64,000 bases of DNA from Octopus vulgaris (lineage: Eukaryota), in NCBI GenBank assembly GCA_951406725.2, contig OX597826.1, positions 2,480,001 through 2,544,000 on the forward strand, read 5' to 3'. A program made the translations under genes and the position numbers. Within the stretch, counting starts at the first letter, position 1, and each line of letters opens with the position of its first letter. Positions 54,994 to 64,000 of the stretch are shown here, piece after piece. The notes beneath the pieces were generated by a model that saw only the letters and a list, made by a program, of their open reading frames with translations, searched no databases and was not told the origin of the DNA.

Positions 54994-56089
54994 ATTTACG
55001 TTCCTCTAGTTTCCGTTTGCATTGCCTCCGTTTAAATTAAGAAGTGATATATATATATATATATGTATATGTATATATACATATTTTATGCATATGTCTA
55101 TGGTTGTGTGTATGTAGGTAGATATATATAGAGATGTATGTATGTAGTTATTATATAACTACATATATATTCATATATATATATATATGTTCATATATAT
55201 ATATATACACACATATTTATACTTATGTGTATATAAATATATATACGTACTTACATACATATCTATAAACATATATATACACATACATACGTTGATGAAA
55301 ATTGTCTAGCAGAATGAAAAGAGTACTCAACATGTTTCGTATTGTTTAGAATCGTTTCTATTTGTAAGTTGAAATATTTACCTATGTACAAATGCAGTGC
55401 ATCTATATATAAGCACGAACACACACCGATATACGGACATACATATATTCATATATACACACACACACGCACGCACACATGCACACACATATATATTTAT
55501 ATACACATGCTTTGGTCTATGGTTGTGTGTTGAGTGCTTTCTATTTACCTATCAACACTTCTCCTTGTCTCACACTTAGTCACGCTTCAAGCTTGTGAAA
55601 TTTATTAGGAATTTTACTGCAATCTGTTCAAAATGATGTCACTTGAAACTTCAAACTCCTTGTACTTCAATGAAACCTAGACTTGAAACCGACTCATTCC
55701 ACAAGCCCGTCCCACAATTGTACATCATCCAAATATGACCGATAGGTACATCTGAAATGAATGACATTACTCACGTATTTTCATTTGCATTGCACTTCTT
55801 GTTATTCTTTTTTTTTTATCCGTTATTGGTATTTTCTTTCTTTTTCTCGTTTTTATAAAGTCTAGTTGCTTATATATAAGAGGTACCGAAAGTTTTTTTT
55901 CTCCTTTGAGCAATAAGCAGGAGAATATATGAGCAGTGTCAAGCAGGTACACTAAATGAATTTGTTTCTAGAATAAATAATTAACAAAAAGTCATGATCA
56001 CAATGAAGATGATGATGATGAAGATACTGATGATGAATTTAATAATAATAATATTAATAACAATAATAATAACAATAATAATAACAATG

Positions 56090-56152
<63 letters not shown>

Positions 56153-56282
56153 GAGAGTAAACAAATATAAAGCAGTAAATGGAAGTGAAGACGGAGTGAC
56201 GGATCTGCAATGAGTAATTCATATACACAGAGGCACATGCATATATTTATATATATATATATACACTATATATATATATATA

Positions 56283-56326
<44 letters not shown>

Positions 56327-56407
56327 GTTTGTATGTATGCATGTATGCATGTATACCTATATGTCTATGTATATGTGTGTGGGTAGTGAAAGTGTGAGAG
56401 AGAGAAA

Positions 56408-56446
<39 letters not shown>

Positions 56447-56610
56447 TGTAAGGAGAGTAGAAAAGAGAGAACGTGAAGGATGAGGAACGATTCGAAACGG
56501 AAACATGATGATTGAAAAAGTGAGCGTAGTTTGAACGTGGCTTAGGAGGAACCTCGAGAAATATGATATAAAGACACATTAATACACGCGTCCGAGTCAG
56601 TGTCGCTATG

Positions 56611-56694
<84 letters not shown>

Positions 56695-57978
56695 CACCTA
56701 CATTATAATAAATATATGTATGCATTTGTTTGTGTGTGTATATTATGTGTGCGTATGTATGTTTATATATGGAGTGAGATAGAGGTGTAGATAGCTAGAA
56801 AGATAGAGTGTGACAGGGAGGATGACATGAGATAGGAAGGAGAGCGTAAAATCATAAAAGAGGAATGTGCGAGAAAATTGAATGCAAATGTAAATGCCGA
56901 GAGACAAAGAAATAAAATAAAATAAAATAAAGATCTGAAGAAGAGATGTGAAGAATGTATTTGAGGGTCGGGAAGTACAGTGAAGTGTGGAGCAAAGGAA
57001 GGTGAAATATAGATATATGTATATACAGAAAACGGTAGAGGAAGAAATATATAAAGTTTGGGAGCGTGAGATTGGAAAAGGGTGATATTAAAATAGATGG
57101 GTAAATATATAGGAAGTTACGTAGTAATGATAGAAACGTACTATTCGTTGATGGAAAGCCTGAGAAACGGAAAATCTTTCATGATAGAGACAGCTGCTTG
57201 ATAAGAACTATTATCCTCGGGCTAATGTATTTCTATTTCATATTTTTTTTCTTTCCTTTCGTTTTGTTTATGTGTGCTATTATGTTTATTTATATTCTTT
57301 TTTTCGTTTTCAGATGAATGAATATTTAGATTCTAAAAGTAAATGATCTATGCATTTGCACTTGCTACAAGCTGTTAACTAAACTACGTGTTCAACGATA
57401 CGGGGTCAAGTATATTTAGTTTCTGATGCGATGATGCCCTGGGAATGGCTAAGAACAACATATAAGTGCATAAAAGCAGAACAAAAATATAGGCTAGAAG
57501 CCAGAACTCGTGAAGAAATATATAAAACCCAAATAACATTTAGAAGAATTGAGTTGCAAAAGAAATATTTAAATGGATATCAGCAAATGATTAAACGACT
57601 GCTAAATAGTCTACTGTAAATTAACAGAGCTCTTTTGGATTAGAGCGTTTTACATTTTGTTTTTTCCTTCGTGTGAGAGATAAGAAGGGATGCTGTGACT
57701 GTGTGAGAAATTTAACGCAATTCAAGACTTCAGATTTTCGTTTCGCGATGTCAGTTTCTTCATGATGCGTAACACCAGTAATTAGCAGAGCATAAATTAC
57801 AGCGAACCAAGAATTAAGTATTGAAATTTGAGGAACGAATTGGAATATTTTACTGAGATATTAAAAAAAGAATTATTGAAAGCACAATTGAAAGTAAAAG
57901 GAAGAAGGTTGTGTATATACATGAGACTCTCTCAACGAATGTATGTATGTATGTATGTATGTATCTATCTCTGCGTGA

Positions 57979-58084
<106 letters not shown>

Positions 58085-58450
58085 GTATATATATATGTAT
58101 GTATTATATTTTGTGTAATCCTATAAATAATTTGTATTTTTATACTTTTATCTTTCATAATTAAGATAAACAAATTTCTTTTTAAGTATAAAATATACTC
58201 TCTTTCATTTTCTACAACATTCTGCCATATATCTGGTAGACTTGCAAGCCTCCTCTTCCAAAATTCACTTGGACCTCGTCTACAGAATTTATATTTTTAC
58301 CGTCCAAATAAATGATTTTGAAGACTGCGGATTAAATGATAATCAGATGGGGCAATGTCCAGCGTGTATGGTGGGTTGGGTATTGTTTCCCATTCAAACC
58401 TCTTCAGCCTTTGGAATGTTATCCTCGCTGTATGTGGCAGAACATTATCC

Positions 58451-58683
58451 TATTTCTTTATTGCCCACTAGGGGCTAAAGACAGAGGGGACAAACAAGGA
58501 CGGACAAGGATATTACCTTGATTAGATCGACTCCAGTGCGTAACTGGTACTTAATTTATCGACCCTGAAAGGGATGAAAGGCAAAGTCGACCTCGGCGGA
58601 ATTTGAACTCAGAACGTAACGGCTGACGAAATACCTCTAAGCATTTCGCCCGGCGCGCTAACGATTCTGCCAGCTCGCCGCCT
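58451..58683 (-). mobile_element. SINE family B, full length
   Basis: Reverse complement of the 7197-7428 type. Confidence 0.88.
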
Positions 58684-58804
58684 GTGTGATCTTGTTTGTG
58701 CGCATCTTTGTGTGAGTTTCTGTGACTGCCTAAAATGTGTGAACGCATTTTTGTCACACATCTATCTATCTAACCAGCTGGCTGCCTACCTACCTGCGTA
58801 TCTT

Positions 58805-58901
<97 letters not shown>

Positions 58902-59479
58902 GTCTCTATCTATCTATTTATCTATCTATCTTTTTATACGTTCATGTGTGTGTAGAATAAGTGTGTGTGAATAAGTGGGTGGAGATACGGGATGTGGAAT
59001 GGGTCGATTTCAAGTCTATTTTTTTCTGTCGGAGGGAGAGAAATGGACACACACAAATAGGGTGTTAACACAATAATAAATTCACTCAGTCTTTCCGATA
59101 TGACCCCACTCGCATGTATATGCAGAGCAGAATGTCAACGAGAGGTTAAATAATTTTAAATATATAATACCGGATGCTGGATTCAATAACAATGTTTACA
59201 CACAATTGTTATACTCTTGACAGGCGGAAAAAAAAGAGAAAGGAAAGATCTTGATAGGTTCTTCACTCATCGTAGTCCCCTCATCAGAGAAGACGTACAT
59301 GTCTTACAAGCGGCAGAACATTACTGTTGAATTGGGAAGATATGCAGGGAGGTTTTCCACAACGAGAAATCAACAAACCGTGAAATGTCAAAGAAATAGG
59401 CTCATTGCTTCTTATTTTTGCACACGAATATTAAAGAATGGGTTTACGTTGTTATTTAATCTATAGTCAGATTTAATAT

Positions 59480-59845
59480 TCTTTTATTCTTTTATATACT
59501 TCAGTCATTAGACTGCACCCATGCAGAATATTTAGTCGAAAAAATTAACCTCAGTACTTTTATACAGCCTGGTACTTATTCTATCGGGTCTTTAGCTGAA
59601 CCGCTATTTTACAGGGACATAAAAAACCATCACCGATTTTCATATGATGGTGGAAGATTAACACAGATACAACCCCACCCCCTCGACTAGATACATACGG
59701 GTATCATTCAGTTTCTGCCTACTAAATCCACTCACAAGGCTTTGGTAAACCCGAAGCTTTAGCAGAAGACACTTGCCCATGGTGCCATCAACGACAGAGA
59801 ACCCAGAGCCATGTGGTTGGGGAGCAAGCCTCTTGCCGGCAAAAA
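59480..59845 (-). mobile_element. Diverged SINE family C
   Basis: ttcagtttctgcctactaaatccactcacaaggctttgg..agaagacacttgccca. Confidence 0.75.
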
Positions 59846-60455
59846 AACATACCTATGGAAATTAGATAATCTAACACGATTCTAGTTTGTGGTGTTTGAA
59901 TTCACGCGATCACTGAAGGAAGCCGGACAAATTTTTATGAAGGACAATTGACTCACCACGAAATGGTATCTCACGTAATACCATAATTTTCCCGTCGTCT
60001 TTTAAAAAATTTGTTTTTATGCATCTGTCATGTAGACCAAGGCTTTACAACATTTAAATACATTTCCTTCTGGTTAAAACTGTCTTGTATATAAAGAAAC
60101 ATATTTTAATTAAAGACGATCTGTCAAAAGCATAAACACGTAAATTAGATTAAACGGGAAGGTGATAGTCTGATTTGGGACGCATTTAGAGGCATATTGA
60201 ATAGGGGAGGGAAACGGATAGGTCTTCTCTGTGGATTTGTTAATAAATCATAACACCAGTTGTAAGTAGATTCCAATACTCTTTCTTCCACTTACATATA
60301 ATATGGAAACAATAACATTACCATATCGCAATCTTATTTAACGTACAGTGAGATTTTGAGATATTTAAACGATTAAATTCTCATTTACGTTGTGCTTAGC
60401 AAACTCACGTTGTTGAATATATCCATATGTATGTATTTATGTAGGTATGTATTAC

Positions 60456-60544
<89 letters not shown>

Positions 60545-60639
60545 AATCTATCTATCTATCTATCTATCAAAATACATTGTTCTTTTTATCACGTTTGCTA
60601 GATTTGTCCTGTGAATTCGCATGTTCAAATAATTTTTTT

Positions 60640-60822
60640 GTGTTTAGGGAGAGTCATTACACCAATATTTGTTAACACTTGCACTGGTTCAATTTCACTC
60701 CTTTATTATTGTTCTGTAAATTTGGTTAAACAGTAAGATGTTTAACTAATTGACTAATAAAAGAGTGGAATTGAACCAGCGCTTCCGTTACTAACGTTAA
60801 CATAATGACTCTCCCTAGACAC
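60640..60822. mobile_element. Imperfect fold-back element next to (TA)n
   Basis: gtgtttagggagagtcatta..ctggttcaatttcactcctttatta versus taataaaagagtggaattgaaccag..taatgactctccctagacac. Confidence 0.72.
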
Positions 60823-60953
60823 AGCACTATATATATATATATATATGTATATATTTATATAGATAGAGAAACAGAGAGAGAGAGAGACTTAGATGCATAG
60901 ATATGTCAATATACACGCACTCATGCACACGTATATATATATATTTATGCGTG

Positions 60954-60993
<40 letters not shown>

Positions 60994-62195
60994 GAGAGAG
61001 AGATAGAGAGAGGAACAGAATGAAAGGGAGAAGATATAGAAAAAAACAGAAAGAGACCAGTGAAGTAGTTTATGATTGTGAGAAAAATTACTCGGGGAAA
61101 AAAGAAGGTTACATAAAACGGCAGCAACATAAAAATGAACATGAAATAAAGTTAGAAAACAAAAAAAAAATTCATACACCCCCCCCCCACTCCACCCCAC
61201 CCCAAATAAAAGCATAAATAGCAGAGGAGAGGAAAAAATTATGTCTGCAAAAACAAAAAAATTGCAAAACCGAGGAAACAAAACAGTCAAGTGATACACC
61301 CACCTCAGGTCAAACGCGATTACTATATAAACACTCATTTTTTTCTTATCTAGTTCTATAGTTGTGTATATATGTGTGTATATGTCTATTCTCTGTTTTA
61401 CTCCGCCTCTCCTCGAGGCATCAATATCCTACATTTATTGGCATCTCTGTCGTTTCAATCTTAATTGTATGCACAGGTTTTTTTGTATTGGTGTTGTTGG
61501 AAGTCTGTGGTAAGTGGGCTGACATAAATTTATGTTTAGGCTCCACTGTTATAGCTTTTTCTTTTTCTGTTTGTTGAAATCATTTTACCATGTTGCTCGG
61601 CTTCTGCTTTTTGTTTTTTTTTTTGCTTTTTTTGTTCTCATTTCATGAGTAAATACAGTTTTATTTCAGTGTTTTTGTGTGTAAGTGGAGAGAAGTTCAG
61701 GATGAAAGTAGGCTTATCTGAGCCTTCAGTGTGGTGAGATCATAGAAACCCAAGGTGAACAACAAGCAATTTATGGATGCAATACGTATATGTTTGCATG
61801 CTTGAGCATGTTTTTCGGTTTTTAGACGTGAGTTTACGCATTCTTCCTTTGCTCTGGATGTTTTCTTTTCTTTTGTATTTTGAGCGGTTTGGGGATAAAG
61901 TTCTCAAAATAAAAATAAAAATAAAATTAATGAGCTAATAGGAGGGCATTCGTTGTTCTTTGGTTTGCATAAAAATATATAAGTATAAAGAAAACAGCAA
62001 ATGATTGCTATCAGTCTGAATGTGTGAACGCAGATTCGTGTATGTGTTTGTATATATTTTATCCATCATCTAACTATTTATCTATCTATCCATCTATGAT
62101 ACATGGTTATAAATAAATACTTCATATATATATATATATACATATATACATATGCGTGTGTATATATTCATACATACATAATACACACACACACA

Positions 62196-62227
<32 letters not shown>

Positions 62228-62230
<3 letters not shown>

Positions 62231-62622
62231 TAAAATTATGATACTGAGTGTAGAAATTGATATCACTCAACATCAATTTAAACCAATGGTCTAGCATATT
62301 AAAAAAAAATCCGAAGATTTAAAAATTATACTACAATTAATAAGAGGAATGACCACTAAAGTGGATAACTATACGCTAGAAATAGACATCAAATCGCCTT
62401 ACCACAAAGAGTGTGTTCTCAAGAAAAAAACCAGCAAACGCCAACATGTAAATAATATGCAAGGCAAATGAAAATTTTCATTTTCATTTGCCTTGCTTAT
62501 GTTTTACATTTTGGTGTTTACTGTTTTTTTTTCTTGAGAACAAACTCTTTGTGGTAAGGCGATTTGACGTCTATTTCTAGCGTGTAGGAATCCACTTTAG
62601 TGGTCATTCCTCTTATCAATTG

Positions 62623-62629
<7 letters not shown>
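62228..62629 (-). mobile_element. Fold-back element (~150-bp arms, 62327-62629) plus ~100-nt tail, in (TA)n
   Basis: ataagaggaatgaccactaaagtgga..aaggcaaatgaaaa mirrored by ttttcatttgcctt..tccactttagtggtcattcctcttat. Confidence 0.82.
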
Positions 62630-62661
<32 letters not shown>

Positions 62662-62805
62662 GCTGGCCTACAATAAGTGTCAAAATTATAAATTCGACAC
62701 TTTCCGTTAGCGAGTACAAAGATAGTACTATTCATTCTTGTGGCACAATATGAGTGGTTGACCAAAACAGATATTATTTCAGGATATTGTGCCAGATGGT
62801 GTCAC

Positions 62806-63043
62806 AGAAGGCGGCGAGCTAGCAGAGACTCTAGCACAACGGGCGAAATGCTTAGCGGTATTTCGTCTGCCGTTACGTTCTGAGCTCAAATTCCACCGAG
62901 GCCGACTTTGCCTTTCATCCTTTCGGGGTCGATAAATTAAGTACCAGTTACGCACTGGAGTCGATGTAATCGAATTAAACCCTTTGTCTGTCCTTATTTG
63001 TCCCCTCTATGTTTAGACATTTGTGGACAAAAAAGAAATAAGT
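62806..63043 (+). mobile_element. SINE family B with 9-bp TSD
   Basis: TSD tggtgtcac at 62797-62805 and 63044-63052. Confidence 0.88.
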
Positions 63044-63269
63044 TGGTGTCACTGTGTATACATGACAAGACAATACTAGAGTTGTACCCAGTATTTTATT
63101 TCTGTTCTATGCGTTCTCAGTTTAAAATCTCATCGAGGATGACTTTGTTTGGATAGAATGATCATCATTTGAGCGTTAGGGTCAATACTTGTAGACCTTG
63201 TCCCTCATTTAGAAAGAATTATTGTTATTAGGTTTTGAAATAATCGGTTGAATAGGAAATTATTTATTC

Positions 63270-63545
63270 ATGCGCCCTTTTCAAGCCTAGCCAGGCTCAT
63301 GGGCCTGGTTTCCGGGTTTCTGTGGTATATGTGTTCCCCCCAGCTGGACGGGACGCTAGTCCATCACAGCCTTTAATCAAGAAACGGGAAGCAAGAGTGA
63401 GAGGAATTTGGGGCGGAAGAATACAACATGGGTCGACATCACCCCCTGCCGGAGCCTCGTGGGTCTTTACGTGATTTCGCTCAATAAACACACAAAATGC
63501 CCAGTCTGAGAATCGAAACTGCGAACTTCCGACCGTGAGTCCGTA
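63270..63545 (-). mobile_element. Family-A-related SINE subfamily
   Basis: ggctcatgggcctggtttcc..ctggacgggacgctagtccatc..tttcgctcaataaacacac. Confidence 0.75.
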
Positions 63546-63599
63546 CTTGATGATGTATATTATCCGTCGGGAACTTTCTCAAGATCGCTTCCTGAAGAT

Positions 63600-64000
63600 A
63601 TTGGTTTCCAATTTTGGCACGATGCCAGCATGTAAGGGGCATGGGGGTGGAGGAAGTCAATTACATCGAATCCAGTGCTCAACTGGTACTTATTTTAGGA
63701 ACCCCGAAACGTTGGAAGTCAGCGTAAACACGGACGAAACGCCGCTAAGGAACTTTGTCCGGCATGCTAGCTGTTCTGTCAGGTCACCACCTTTATCGAT
63801 TGCTAACATATTGATTTCAAATTTCAGCAGGTTTTAGGGAGAGAGTTAGTCGATTACATCGACCCCAGTACTCAACTGGTACTTGTTTTATTGACCCCGA
63901 AAGGATGAAAGACAAAGTCGGAGTCGGCTGAATTTGAACTCAAAACGCAACGACGGACGAAAAGACGCTATGTATGTTACTCGGTGAGCTAAGGATTCTG
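63600..64000 (-). mobile_element. Two diverged family-B-related SINEs in tandem
   Basis: gattacatcgaccccagtactcaactggtact..gaccccgaaaggatgaaag. Confidence 0.7.

Noticed and set aside
59260-59310. CTGATGA on the minus strand as a hammerhead
   Set aside because: No GAAA at a suitable position and no stems.

Overview
AT-rich, microsatellite-saturated animal DNA. The SINE families and repeat spectrum point to an octopus (inference). I cannot support any host protein-coding exon; almost all ORF-track entries are translated microsatellites or SINEs. The window contains: two Neptune-type Penelope-like elements (PLEs; RT + GIY-YIG), one young with an ~820-bp inverted pseudo-LTR; a Naiad-type PLE fragment; full-length but dead mariner copies plus MITEs; R4/Dong-like, RTE and CR1 LINE fragments; Helitron remnants; three tRNA-derived SINE families; and an ~10.9-kb duplication across a 100-N gap (probably an assembly or haplotype artefact). 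The most striking signal is about 13 type-I hammerhead ribozyme (HHR) motifs read by eye, at roughly 10 independent insertion loci. They sit in PLE 3' ends, in ~200-bp units lodged in (TA)n, in fold-back elements, and in a composite tRNA-head + microsatellite + hammerhead element with its own target-site duplication (TSD). Together these suggest a non-autonomous, ribozyme-bearing element system mobilised by PLEs.
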